A DNA stretch of 64,000 nt from Candidatus Aminicenantes bacterium. GTDB taxonomy: Bacteria > Acidobacteriota > Aminicenantia > Aminicenantales > Saccharicenantaceae. The number at the start of each line of letters is the position of its first letter. Positions within the stretch are counted from its first letter, which is position 1. The stretch spans positions 1,156,432 through 1,220,431 of the forward strand of contig CAVRDU010000005.1 of the NCBI GenBank assembly GCA_963719985.1. The letters run 5' to 3'. The translations under genes were made by a program, and so were the position numbers. Shown piece by piece: positions 16,924-25,614 of this stretch. Under the pieces are notes generated by a model. It ran no database searches and was not told where the DNA came from. It saw only the letters and a list, made by a program, of their open reading frames with translations.

Positions 16924-17853
16924 ATGAAGATATTCACAGGTTCGTCGAACACGGCCCTGGCCCTGGAGATCGTCGATTTCCTGAAGATCGACCTGGGGCG
17001 CTGCGTCCTGGACCGCTTCAGCGACGGCGAGATCCACTTCTACATCGACGAGAACGTCCGCGGCGAGGACATCTTCATCATCCAGTCGGGATCGTCCGAC
17101 GCGAACAGCCACCTCATGGAGCTGTTCATCATGATCGACGCCTTCAAGCGGGCCTCGGCGGGCCGCATCACCGCCGTCATCCCCTATTTCCCCTACGCCC
17201 GGCAGGACTGGAAAGACCGGCCGCGCGTGCCGATCTCGGCCCGCCTCGTCGCCGATCTCATCGAGACGGCCGGCGCCAACCGCGTCCTGACCATGGACCT
17301 CCACTCGCCGCAGATCCAGGGCTTCTTCTCCATCCCCGTCGACAACCTCATGTCCGCGCCCGTCCTGGCCAACCACATCAAGTCGCTCAAGCTCCAGGAC
17401 CTGACCATCGTCTCGCCGGACGCCGGCGGCGTGGGCCGGGCCCGCTATTTCGCCCAGCGTCTCGACGCCAAGCTGGCCATCATCGACAAGAGGCGGCCGG
17501 CCCCGAACGTGGCCAAGGTCCTCCACGTCATCGGCGAGGTCGCCGGGCAGAACGTCGTCATCTACGACGACATGGTCGACACGGCCGGAACGCTGACCCT
17601 CAGCGTCGAGGCCCTGGCCAAGGAAGGCGCCGAGCGGATCTTCAGCGCCTGCACGCACCCCGTCCTGTCCGGACCGGCCCTCGAGAGGATCGCGCGCTCC
17701 AGGCTCGAGCGCGTCTTCACGACCAACACCATCCCGCTCGGGGAGAAGGCCGTCGGGACCGGGCGGTTCAGCGTCCTGTCCGTGGCCGAGCTCTTCGGGG
17801 AGGCCATCCGGAGGATCAACGAGGGGAGCTCGGTCAGCTCCCTCTTCGCTTAA
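16924..17853 (+). CDS. prs: Ribose-phosphate pyrophosphokinase
   Basis: The 309-aa protein has the PRPP synthetase motifs (DLHSPQIQGFF, VSPDAGGV). Confidence 0.95.
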   Translation: MKIFTGSSNTALALEIVDFLKIDLGRCVLDRFSDGEIHFYIDENVRGEDIFIIQSGSSDANSHLMELFIMIDAFKRASAGRITAVIPYFPYARQDWKDRPRVPISARLVADLIETAGANRVLTMDLHSPQIQGFFSIPVDNLMSAPVLANHIKSLKLQDLTIVSPDAGGVGRARYFAQRLDAKLAIIDKRRPAPNVAKVLHVIGEVAGQNVVIYDDMVDTAGTLTLSVEALAKEGAERIFSACTHPVLSGPALERIARSRLERVFTTNTIPLGEKAVGTGRFSVLSVAELFGEAIRRINEGSSVSSLFA

Positions 17854-17860
17854 GGAGAAC

Positions 17861-18532
17861 ATGATGAACATCGTCGTCAAGAGCGAGAAACGCCAAGGGC
17901 TGGGATCGAACGCCTCGCGCCGCCTGCGGGGGCAGGGCTTCGTGCCGGCCGTGCTTTACGGAGAGACCATGGAGGCGACCTCCCTCGTCCTCAGCAAGAA
18001 GGACATCGTCCAGATCCTGAGGCTCGAATCGGGCGAGAACACCATCTTCAAGGTCGCCGTCGGGGCCGACGCCTACGACGCCATGATCAAGGAGATGCAG
18101 GTCGATCCGTCCACCGACGAGCTCCTCCACGTCGACCTCATCCGCATCTCCATGGACAAGGCCATCCGGGTCACCGTGCCGGTCATCCACCGCGGCGAAC
18201 CCGTCGGGGTCAAGACGGAGGGCGGCTTCATCGACTTCGTCACCCGCGAGGTCGAGGTCGAGTGCCTGCCCCGGGACATCCCCGAAAGCCTGGCGATCGA
18301 CATCTCGGAGCTCCACATCAACCAGTCGATCAAGGTCCAGGCGATGGGAGTCCCGGCCGGGGTCAAGGTCCTCACCGAACCCAATACGGTCCTCGTCCTC
18401 ATCTCCCTGCCGCACAAGGAAGAAGAGGTGTTCCCCGGCGAGAAGCCGGAGGGCGAGGTCGCGGCCGAGGAGCCCCAGGAGCCCGAGGTCATCAAGAAGG
18501 AGCGGGCCGAGAAGGAAGAGCCGGAGAAATAG
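17861..18532 (+). CDS. rplY: 50S ribosomal protein L25 / general stress protein Ctc
   Basis: It is a typical L25 N-terminal domain with an acidic C-terminal tail. Confidence 0.88.
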   Translation: MMNIVVKSEKRQGLGSNASRRLRGQGFVPAVLYGETMEATSLVLSKKDIVQILRLESGENTIFKVAVGADAYDAMIKEMQVDPSTDELLHVDLIRISMDKAIRVTVPVIHRGEPVGVKTEGGFIDFVTREVEVECLPRDIPESLAIDISELHINQSIKVQAMGVPAGVKVLTEPNTVLVLISLPHKEEEVFPGEKPEGEVAAEEPQEPEVIKKERAEKEEPEK

Positions 18533-18535
18533 AGC

Positions 18536-19102
18536 TTGTGGCTGGTCGTGGGGCTGGGTAACCCGGGTGACGAGTACGCGGCGACGCGCCACAACGCCGG
18601 GTTCATGCTGGTCGACCGGCTGGCCGCCGCCTGGGGCGTCGAGCTCCGGGGCCGGCTGTTCAAGGCCCGGACCGCCATGGCCCGGCGCGGCGCGGAGGAT
18701 GTCCTCCTGGTCGAGCCCAAGACCTTCATGAACCGGAGCGGGACGTCCGTGCGGACGGCCCTGGCGGGAAAGGACGTCCCGCCGGAACGCCTCGTCGTCG
18801 CCTACGACGACCTCGACGTCCCCCTCGGCGAGATCCGGGTCCGGAAGCAGGGCGGGCCGGGGACCCACAAGGGCATGATCTCGATCGCCGGCGAGATCGG
18901 GACGGACGGGTTCCCCCGGGTCCGGATCGGCATCGGCCCGCTCCCGGCCGGCCGGGACGCGGCCGAGTACGTCCTCGAGGCCTTCAAGAAGGGCGAGCGC
19001 CGTCAGCTCGACGAGAGCCTCGGGGCGGCCGCCGAGGCCGTGGAGATGATCCTCGACGGGCGGATCGAGCTGGCCATGACCCGTTTCAACCGCCGAGGTT
19101 GA
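18536..19102 (+). CDS. pth: Peptidyl-tRNA hydrolase
   Basis: The N-terminus carries the LVVGLGNPGDEYAATRHNAGF motif. It probably starts at a TTG or GTG codon. Confidence 0.9.
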   Translation: MWLVVGLGNPGDEYAATRHNAGFMLVDRLAAAWGVELRGRLFKARTAMARRGAEDVLLVEPKTFMNRSGTSVRTALAGKDVPPERLVVAYDDLDVPLGEIRVRKQGGPGTHKGMISIAGEIGTDGFPRVRIGIGPLPAGRDAAEYVLEAFKKGERRQLDESLGAAAEAVEMILDGRIELAMTRFNRRG

Positions 19103-19190
19103 TTTTTTCCCAGATTCGTCTAAGATAGGCTTTTCAACTCCTTGTTCCTTCCTTAAGAGAAGGAGCTGTCGAAGCCATAAGGAGGTCCGA

Positions 19191-19568
19191 GTGAGACAGT
19201 ACGAGACGGGGTTCGTTCTCTCCCCCACGCTCTCCGAAGAAGAGACATCCCAGTTCGTCCAGCAGATGGCCGAGATCGTGGCCCAGAAGAAAGGCCAGAT
19301 GGTCAAGCAGGACGTCTGGGGCAAGCGCCGCCTGGCCTTCCCCATCAAGAGGTTCCAGGAAGGCGTCTACGTGTTCTTCACCTACGACGGTCCCGGCGAC
19401 GTCGCCACGGAGCTCGAGCGGCGGTTCAAGCAGACCGAAGCCGTGATCCGGTTCATGACCGTCCTCAAGGACCCGCGGGACCTCGTCCGGCGGAAGAAGA
19501 AGAAGAGGCGGGCCGACGAGGCCGCCCCGGCCGGCGAGCCCAAAGAGGAGAAGTCCCATGCCGCGTGA
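19191..19568 (+). CDS. rpsF: 30S ribosomal protein S6
   Basis: It has a GTG start after an AAGGAGG RBS, and the N-terminus [18 protein letters not shown] is canonical S6. Confidence 0.9.
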   Translation: MRQYETGFVLSPTLSEEETSQFVQQMAEIVAQKKGQMVKQDVWGKRRLAFPIKRFQEGVYVFFTYDGPGDVATELERRFKQTEAVIRFMTVLKDPRDLVRRKKKKRRADEAAPAGEPKEEKSHAA

Positions 19569-19824
19569 CGACAGGCCCGAACGCAGCGAGCGCGGCGGCT
19601 ACCGCAGGTATTTCGCGCCCAAGAGGAAGTTCTGCCGGTTCTGCCAGCGGGACGTCCGGGGCATCGACTACAAGGCCTTCGACATCCTGAAGAAGTACAT
19701 CCCGGACCGGGGCAAGATCACGCCGCGCCGGATCACGGGGACGTGCGCCTTCCATCAGAGAAAGCTGGCCCTGGCCATCAAGAGGGCCCGGCTCATGGCC
19801 CTGCTGCCCTACGTCGAGGACTGA
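19558..19824 (+). CDS. rpsR: 30S ribosomal protein S18
   Basis: The S18 motif [12 protein letters not shown]...[26 protein letters not shown] is present. Confidence 0.92.
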   Translation: MPRDDRPERSERGGYRRYFAPKRKFCRFCQRDVRGIDYKAFDILKKYIPDRGKITPRRITGTCAFHQRKLALAIKRARLMALLPYVED

Positions 19825-19825
19825 G

Positions 19826-20329
19826 ATGAAGGTCATCCTGAAACAGGACGTGGAGAAGCTGGGCCGACGCGGCGACGTCGTCAACGTCGCCCCCGGATAC
19901 GGGCGGAACTACCTCCTCCCCCGGAAGATGGCCCTGGCCGTCACGGCGACGAACATGAAGACGATCGAGATCGAGCGCCAGGCCCAGAAGAAGAAGCTCG
20001 AGGTCGAGCGCAAGTCCTTCAAGTCGCTCGTCGAGAAGCTCAACGAGGTCACTCTGACCTTCACCCGTCGGGCCGGCGACAAGGACGTCATCTTCGGCTC
20101 CGTGTCCTCGGGCGACATCCGGGACGGCCTGGCCGGGCTGGGATACGACATCGACAAGAAGAAGATCCTGCTCGAGGAGCCGATCAAGCGGCTCGGGAAT
20201 TTCGCGGTGCCCGTCAAGATCAGCATGGACGACCGGGCCGAGGTCAAGATCGTCGTGGCCCGGGAGGAGACCGAGGGTGTCGGCGAGGCCGGCGGGCCCG
20301 CGGAGGAACCGGAAGCGGGCGAGAGCTGA
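19826..20329 (+). CDS. rplI: 50S ribosomal protein L9
   Basis: The N-terminus is MKVILKQDVEKLGRRGDVVNVAPGYGRNYLLP. Confidence 0.92.
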   Translation: MKVILKQDVEKLGRRGDVVNVAPGYGRNYLLPRKMALAVTATNMKTIEIERQAQKKKLEVERKSFKSLVEKLNEVTLTFTRRAGDKDVIFGSVSSGDIRDGLAGLGYDIDKKKILLEEPIKRLGNFAVPVKISMDDRAEVKIVVAREETEGVGEAGGPAEEPEAGES

Positions 20330-20360
20330 GCGTTCCCGGCCGGAATAAGGCCGGACAGAG

Positions 20361-21722
20361 GTGGCTATGGAACTCGACCTGATGTTCCTGAAGAAGACGC
20401 CGCCGCACAGCCTCGAGGCCGAACGGACGGTCCTGGGGGGGATCCTCGTCCAGAACGAGAGCCTCAACGTCGTCCTCTCGACGATCTCCCCGGAGGACCT
20501 CTACAAGGACGCCCACCGCAAGATCCTCGAGCGGATCGTCGCCCTCGTCGACAAGGGCCTCGCGGTCGACCTCCTGACCCTGACCGAGGACGCCGTGCGG
20601 GCCGGCATCCTCGAGGAGATCGGCGGGGCCTCCTACCTGTCCTCCCTCCTCGACGGCGTGCCCCGCAACCTCAACGTCGAGTACTACGCCCAGATCATCA
20701 AGGAGAAGGCCCTCCTCCGCCGGCTGATCGTCTCGTCGACGCGGATCATCCAGGAGAGCTACGAGCAGAAGGAAGACGCAGACGAGCTTCTCAACGCCGC
20801 CCAGGCGGCCATCATCGAGGTGGCCGAGCAGCGCATCAAGCCCGGCTTCCGGCCCATGAACCAGCTGACCGGGCCGACCCTGGAGTCCATCCGGATCATG
20901 GCCGCGCGCAAGGAGGCCGTCACGGGCGTGCCCTCCGGCTTCCGCTATCTCGACGGCCTGACCGCGGGATTCCATCCTTCGGAGCTCGTCATCCTGGCGG
21001 CCCGCCCATCCATGGGCAAGACCGCCCTGGCCCTGAACATCTCCCACCACGTCGGCCTCAAGACGGACAAGGCCGTCGGCTTCTTCTCCATGGAGATGGC
21101 CGAGGCCCAGATCGTCATCCGGCTCCTCTGCGCCGAGGCCCAGATCGACATCAAAAAGACCCGGACCGGCTTCATCAGCGATCGCGAGTTCGAGAAGCTC
21201 AAGCTCGCCGGGGAAGCCCTTTCCCAGGCCCGCATCTTCATCGACGAGTCGCCGGCCCTGACGGTCATGGAGATGAAGGCCAAGTGCCGGCGCCTGAAGA
21301 TGGAGCAACGCCTCGACGTCGTCTTCGTCGACTACATCCAGCTCATGCGAACGGCCGGCCGGTTCGAGAACCGCAACCAGGAGATGTCGTTCATCTCCCG
21401 GTCGCTCAAGGAGCTGGCCAAGGAGCTGCGCATCCCCGTCGTCGGCATCTCCCAGCTCAGCCGGGCCCCGGAGAAGGGGCGGCGCGAGCCCAAGCCCATG
21501 CTCTCGGACCTGCGTGAGTCGGGGGCCATCGAGCAGGACGCCGACCTCGTCATCTTCATCTACCGGCCCGAGTTCTACCACCCCGACGACGAGACGCTCA
21601 AGGGCGTCGCCGAGGTCAGCATCGCCAAGCAGCGGAACGGCCCGATCGGGAACATCCGGCTGGCCTTCATCCGCGAGTACGCCCGCTTCGCCGACATGGA
21701 GCAATTCGCTCCGGAGTACTGA
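20361..21722 (+). CDS. dnaB: Replicative DNA helicase
   Basis: It has a DnaB N-terminal domain and a RecA-like core with Walker A (ARPSMGKTALALN). It is 453 aa and lies directly after rplI. Confidence 0.95.
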   Translation: MAMELDLMFLKKTPPHSLEAERTVLGGILVQNESLNVVLSTISPEDLYKDAHRKILERIVALVDKGLAVDLLTLTEDAVRAGILEEIGGASYLSSLLDGVPRNLNVEYYAQIIKEKALLRRLIVSSTRIIQESYEQKEDADELLNAAQAAIIEVAEQRIKPGFRPMNQLTGPTLESIRIMAARKEAVTGVPSGFRYLDGLTAGFHPSELVILAARPSMGKTALALNISHHVGLKTDKAVGFFSMEMAEAQIVIRLLCAEAQIDIKKTRTGFISDREFEKLKLAGEALSQARIFIDESPALTVMEMKAKCRRLKMEQRLDVVFVDYIQLMRTAGRFENRNQEMSFISRSLKELAKELRIPVVGISQLSRAPEKGRREPKPMLSDLRESGAIEQDADLVIFIYRPEFYHPDDETLKGVAEVSIAKQRNGPIGNIRLAFIREYARFADMEQFAPEY

Positions 21723-21734
21723 ACGAAGGGAGCG

Positions 21735-23093
21735 ATGAAGGACAAGACGGTCTTCATCTGCCAGGGCTGCGGCGCCCGCTCGCCGAAGTGGATGGGCCGC
21801 TGCCACGCCTGCGGCGAGTGGAACACGCTGATCGAGGAGATCGAGGAGGAGACCCCGTCCGGCGGCCTCGTCTTCGCCCCGGCCGAGCCCGTCCTCTACA
21901 AGGACGTCCAGGACATCCCGCGCCAGCGGATCGCCGTCGGCATCAAGGACTTCAACGAGGTCCTCGGCGGCGGTCTCGTCCCGGGCTCGGTCGTCCTCCT
22001 GGGAGGCGAGCCGGGCATCGGGAAGTCGACCCTCCTGCTCCAGGTGGCCCGGGACATGGCCGGCGGCGAGGCCACGGTCCTCTACGTTTCGGGCGAGGAA
22101 TCGCTGGAGCAGATCAAGCTCCGGGGCGACCGGCTCGGCGTCCGGGACGGCCGTCTCTTCCTCCTCGCCGAGACCAATCTCGAGCGCATCCTGGCCCAGG
22201 CCGACCGGCTGCAGCCGGGGATGATCATCGTCGACTCCATCCAGACCGTGTTCTCGGCCAAGATGAGCTCGGGGCCGGGGACGATCAGCCAGGTCCGGGA
22301 GGCGGCCAACCAGATCTTCCGCTTCGCCAAGACCCGGCAGGTCCCCACGTTCCTCGTCGGGCACATCACCAAGGACGGCACCCTGGCCGGGCCGAAGTCG
22401 CTCGAGCACATCGTCGACGTCGTCCTGCTCTTCGAGGGAGAGAGGGACCACAGCCAGCGCGTCCTCCGGGCCATGAAGAACCGCTTCGGCCCGGTCTCCG
22501 AGCTGGCCGTCTTCGAGATGACGGCGGCCGGCCTCCAGCCGGTCCTCAATCCCTCGGCCTTCTTCCTCCGCGAGCGGCCCCGCGAGGAGGCCGGAAGCGC
22601 CGTCGTCTGCACGCTCAAGGGCACCCGGCCGCTCCTCGCCGAGATCCAGGCCCTGGTTTCCTCGACGCTGTTCTCGGGCAATCCCCGGCGCATGACCATC
22701 GGCCTCGACCACCACCGCACGGCCATGCTCCTGGCCCTGGTCGAGAAGAAAGCGGGCTACAGCTTCGCCGGGGAGGACATCTACGTCAACGTCGCCGGGG
22801 GGATGTCGATCGACGAGCCGGCGGTCGACCTCGGCGTCGTCATGGCCGTCGTCTCCTCGCTCAAGAACGCGCCCCTACCCTCGGACATGGCTTTTTTCGG
22901 CGAGGTCGGCCTGAGCGGCGAGATCCGCTCCGTCGGCCAGCCGGTCGTCCGGATCAAGGAGGCCCAGGCCCTGGGGTTCGGGACGGTCCTCGTGCCGGCG
23001 GGCAACCTGGCCGGGCTCGACCGGAAGGACCTCCCGGCGATCGAGTGCCTGGGGGCGCGGACCGTCCGCGAGGCCCTGCAGCGCGTTTTTTGA
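21735..23093 (+). CDS. radA: DNA repair protein RadA (Sms)
   Basis: It has a Zn ribbon (CQGCGARSPKWMGRCHACGEWNT), a RecA-like ATPase with Walker A (GGEPGIGKST), a KNRFG motif and a Lon-like C-terminal domain. Confidence 0.95.
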   Translation: MKDKTVFICQGCGARSPKWMGRCHACGEWNTLIEEIEEETPSGGLVFAPAEPVLYKDVQDIPRQRIAVGIKDFNEVLGGGLVPGSVVLLGGEPGIGKSTLLLQVARDMAGGEATVLYVSGEESLEQIKLRGDRLGVRDGRLFLLAETNLERILAQADRLQPGMIIVDSIQTVFSAKMSSGPGTISQVREAANQIFRFAKTRQVPTFLVGHITKDGTLAGPKSLEHIVDVVLLFEGERDHSQRVLRAMKNRFGPVSELAVFEMTAAGLQPVLNPSAFFLRERPREEAGSAVVCTLKGTRPLLAEIQALVSSTLFSGNPRRMTIGLDHHRTAMLLALVEKKAGYSFAGEDIYVNVAGGMSIDEPAVDLGVVMAVVSSLKNAPLPSDMAFFGEVGLSGEIRSVGQPVVRIKEAQALGFGTVLVPAGNLAGLDRKDLPAIECLGARTVREALQRVF

Positions 23094-23133
23094 CCGGGCA
23101 TCCCTTGAAACGCTATATATAAGGAACGGACCC

Positions 23134-24126
23134 ATGGGCATCTGGATCTTCCGCGTCTTCGTCATCAGCCTCATCACGATCGGCGGCTATTTCTACCCGC
23201 CGTTCAAGCTCGGCCCGACCCCGGGGGCCGGGGCGGCCTTCCTGGCCGGCGCCCTGATGATGTTCCTCGAGACCCGCATCCGCCGGGTCCCGTTCCGGGT
23301 CCTTTGGAGCGCCGGGTGGGGCCTCATCGCCGGGCTCCTCCTCGGCTGGCTGCTCGGCGCGATCTACCGCTCCGTCGTCCACACCAGCGAGATGGCCTCG
23401 TTCATCCGCATCTTCTTCCTGATCATCATGCCCTACATCGGGCTCCTCTTCGGGACCAAGAAGCCCGAGTGGCTCGAACCGGCACACCTCGCCTCGCTGT
23501 TCCGGGAGAAGCGGTCCGGCCGAAGCCACAAGGTCCTCGACACGAGCGTCATCATCGACGGCCGCATCGCCGACCTCTGCGACACGGGCTTCATCGAGGG
23601 GACGCTCGTCGTCCCCCGCTTCGTCGTCAAGGAACTCCAGCTCGTCGCCGATTCGCCCGACGCGCTGAAGCGGCAGAGGGGCCGCCGCGGCCTCGACGTC
23701 GTCGACCACCTCCAGAAGTCGTCCCAGGTCGCGGTCGACCTCTCCGATATGGACTTTCCCGAGGCCCAGGACGTCGATTCCAAGATCATCGAGTGCGCCA
23801 AGGCCATGGACGCCCAGATCGTCACCACCGACTTCAACCTCAACAAGGTCGCCCGCATCCACGGCATCAAGGTCCTGAACATCAACGACCTGGTCAACGC
23901 CCTCCGGCCGGTCGCCCTGCCTGGCGAGATCATGAGCGTCTTCATCCTCAAGGAGGGCAAGGAGAAGGAGCAGGGCGTCGCCTACCTCGAGGACGGGACG
24001 ATGGTCGTCGTCGACAACTCGCGGCGGATGATCGGACAGACGGTCGACATCACGGTCACCTCGGTCCTCCAGACGACGGTCGGCAAGATGATCTTCGGCC
24101 GATTCAGCGACGGGGAGACGACATGA
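23134..24126 (+). CDS. Membrane-anchored PIN plus TRAM domain protein (YacL family)
   Basis: It has N-terminal TM helices, a PIN-like domain (KVLDTSVIIDGRIADL) and a C-terminal TRAM-like domain. It shows radA-yacL-ispD-ispF synteny. Confidence 0.75.
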   Translation: MGIWIFRVFVISLITIGGYFYPPFKLGPTPGAGAAFLAGALMMFLETRIRRVPFRVLWSAGWGLIAGLLLGWLLGAIYRSVVHTSEMASFIRIFFLIIMPYIGLLFGTKKPEWLEPAHLASLFREKRSGRSHKVLDTSVIIDGRIADLCDTGFIEGTLVVPRFVVKELQLVADSPDALKRQRGRRGLDVVDHLQKSSQVAVDLSDMDFPEAQDVDSKIIECAKAMDAQIVTTDFNLNKVARIHGIKVLNINDLVNALRPVALPGEIMSVFILKEGKEKEQGVAYLEDGTMVVVDNSRRMIGQTVDITVTSVLQTTVGKMIFGRFSDGETT

Positions 24127-24788
24127 GCCGGACCGCGGCCCTCGTCGTCGCCGCCGGGGCGGGCAAGCGCTTCGGCGAGCCGAAGCAGTTCGCCTACCTG
24201 AGGGGCAAGCCGGTCCTCGAGTGGACCCTGGAGAGGTTCGAGGCCCATGCCGAGGTGGACGCCATCGTCCTCGTCCTCCCCGACGAGCGCGACCGGAAGC
24301 ACTACCGGATGCGCTACTCCAAGATCGTCGACATCGTGCGCGGCGGCGCGAGGCGGCAGGATTCGGTCTGGCAGGGGTTCCGCCTGCTCGACACCGCGTC
24401 GCCCGAGATCGTCCTCGTCCACGACGGGGCCCGGCCCCTGGTCGGGGCGGACCTCATCAGCCGGGTCATCGCCGCGGCCCGGGCCGAGGGGGCGGTCGTG
24501 CCGGTCCTGGCGATCGACGACACCCTCAAGGAGGTCCGCGACGGCCGGGTCGCCGGGACGGTCGACCGGACCTTCCTCGCCCGGGCCCAGACGCCCCAGG
24601 GGTTCCGCTTCGAGGTGCTCAAGAAAGCCCTGGAGGCGGCCCGGCGCGACCGGATCTACGGGACCGACGAAGCGGCCCTGGCCGAACGGCTCGGCATTCC
24701 CGTGGCCACGGTCCCGGGCGACCCGCGGAACATCAAGATCACGACCCCGGTCGACATCGACCTGGCGGAGGCGCTCCTCGATGCATAA
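24123..24788 (+). CDS. ispD: 2-C-methyl-D-erythritol 4-phosphate cytidylyltransferase
   Basis: The N-terminus carries VVAAGAGKRFG. It is 221 aa and its start overlaps the yacL stop. Confidence 0.92.
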   Translation: MSRTAALVVAAGAGKRFGEPKQFAYLRGKPVLEWTLERFEAHAEVDAIVLVLPDERDRKHYRMRYSKIVDIVRGGARRQDSVWQGFRLLDTASPEIVLVHDGARPLVGADLISRVIAAARAEGAVVPVLAIDDTLKEVRDGRVAGTVDRTFLARAQTPQGFRFEVLKKALEAARRDRIYGTDEAALAERLGIPVATVPGDPRNIKITTPVDIDLAEALLDA

Positions 24789-25260
24789 GATCGGCTTCGG
24801 CTACGACATCCACAGGCTCGAGGCCGGGCGCCGGCTCGTCCTGGGCGGGACCGACATCCCTCACGGAGCCGGTCTCCTAGGGCACTCCGACGGCGACGCG
24901 CTCGTCCACGCCGTCATCGACGCCCTGCTCGGGGCCCTCGGCGAAGGCGACATCGGGACGCTTTTCCCCGACACGGACGAGCGCTACCGGGGGGCGCGCA
25001 GCGCGGACCTTCTCGAGACCGTCGTGGGGCGGGTCCGGGAGCGCGGCGGCGAGATCGTCAACGTCGACGCGGTCGTCGTCGCCGAGGAGCCGAAGATCGG
25101 CCCCCACGCCGCGGCGATCAAGGCGGCCCTGGCGCCCGTCCTCGGCGTCCCGGAAGGCGCCCTGGGCATCAAGGCCAAGACGAACGAGGGGTTGGGGCCC
25201 GTCGGCGAGAAGCGGGCCATCGCCTGTTACGCCGTCGCCCTGGTCCGCTTTCAGGACTGA
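24781..25260 (+). CDS. ispF: 2-C-methyl-D-erythritol 2,4-cyclodiphosphate synthase
   Basis: The motifs GFGYDIHRL, GHSDGDALVHAV and FPDTDERYRGA are present. Confidence 0.93.
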   Translation: MHKIGFGYDIHRLEAGRRLVLGGTDIPHGAGLLGHSDGDALVHAVIDALLGALGEGDIGTLFPDTDERYRGARSADLLETVVGRVRERGGEIVNVDAVVVAEEPKIGPHAAAIKAALAPVLGVPEGALGIKAKTNEGLGPVGEKRAIACYAVALVRFQD

Positions 25261-25287
25261 GCGTTTCTGTCGGTTCGGCCGTGGAGC

Positions 25288-25555
25288 GACTCGGAGGTCA
25301 GCCTCCCCGGCCGGGAAAGTCCTTCACGCCGGTCCGTGCGCCGGACTCGGCGGCAAAACAACTCGCTCGGCTTACGCTAAGCCTCGCTCAAACACGTTTT
25401 GCCGGTTTGCAGGCAAACTCCCCTTGTCCGGCACGCGTCCCGACTAGACTTCCCCTACACCGAGTTCGGCTGACCTCCTCGCCGGTTAGGGCGGCCTCCC
25501 TTGGGAGAACGGCAGGCTGACGAGGCCCTGCCGCGGCCTGTTCGATGGAGACGGG
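25288..25555 (+). repeat. Copy A of a roughly 210-270 nt element with terminal inverted repeats. It is a candidate structured ncRNA (sense strand +) or MITE-like repeat, and is about 90% identical to an inverted copy at 46325-46600.
   Basis: It is intergenic between ispF and the carboxypeptidase gene. It has terminal inverted repeats GGAGGTCAGCC and GGCTGACCTCC and internal hairpins (GGCAAAAC/GTTTTGCC, GGCTTA-CGC-TAAGCC, GTTTGC/GCAAAC). Compensatory changes relative to copy B preserve the pairings. Confidence 0.55.
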
Positions 25556-25614
25556 CGGTTGACTCGGCGCAGCGTTCCGGCTATCCTCGGCGTATTCACC
25601 GACGAGGAGGCCAC

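Noticed and set aside
20244-22715. Very long ORFs on the strand opposite to dnaB/radA (823 aa, plus similar ones at 15595-17880, 25486-27402, 37679-39550 and 43561-45459)
   Set aside because: They translate to low-complexity Arg/Gly/Asp/Glu-rich sequence typical of antisense frames in about 70% GC DNA. Each lies fully inside a well-supported gene on the other strand.
25288-25555. Whether the twin elements are RNase P RNA, tmRNA, SRP RNA or 6S RNA
   Set aside because: They are too short and lack the RNase P CR-I/CR-V motifs (GGAAAGUCCGGGCUCC, ACAGAAACCCGGCUUA), the tmRNA tRNA-like 3' end (no second TTCGAATCC T-arm beyond the tRNA-Gln), and the SRP domain IV GGAAGCAGC motif. A 6S-like fold could not be demonstrated by eye. 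The identity remains open.
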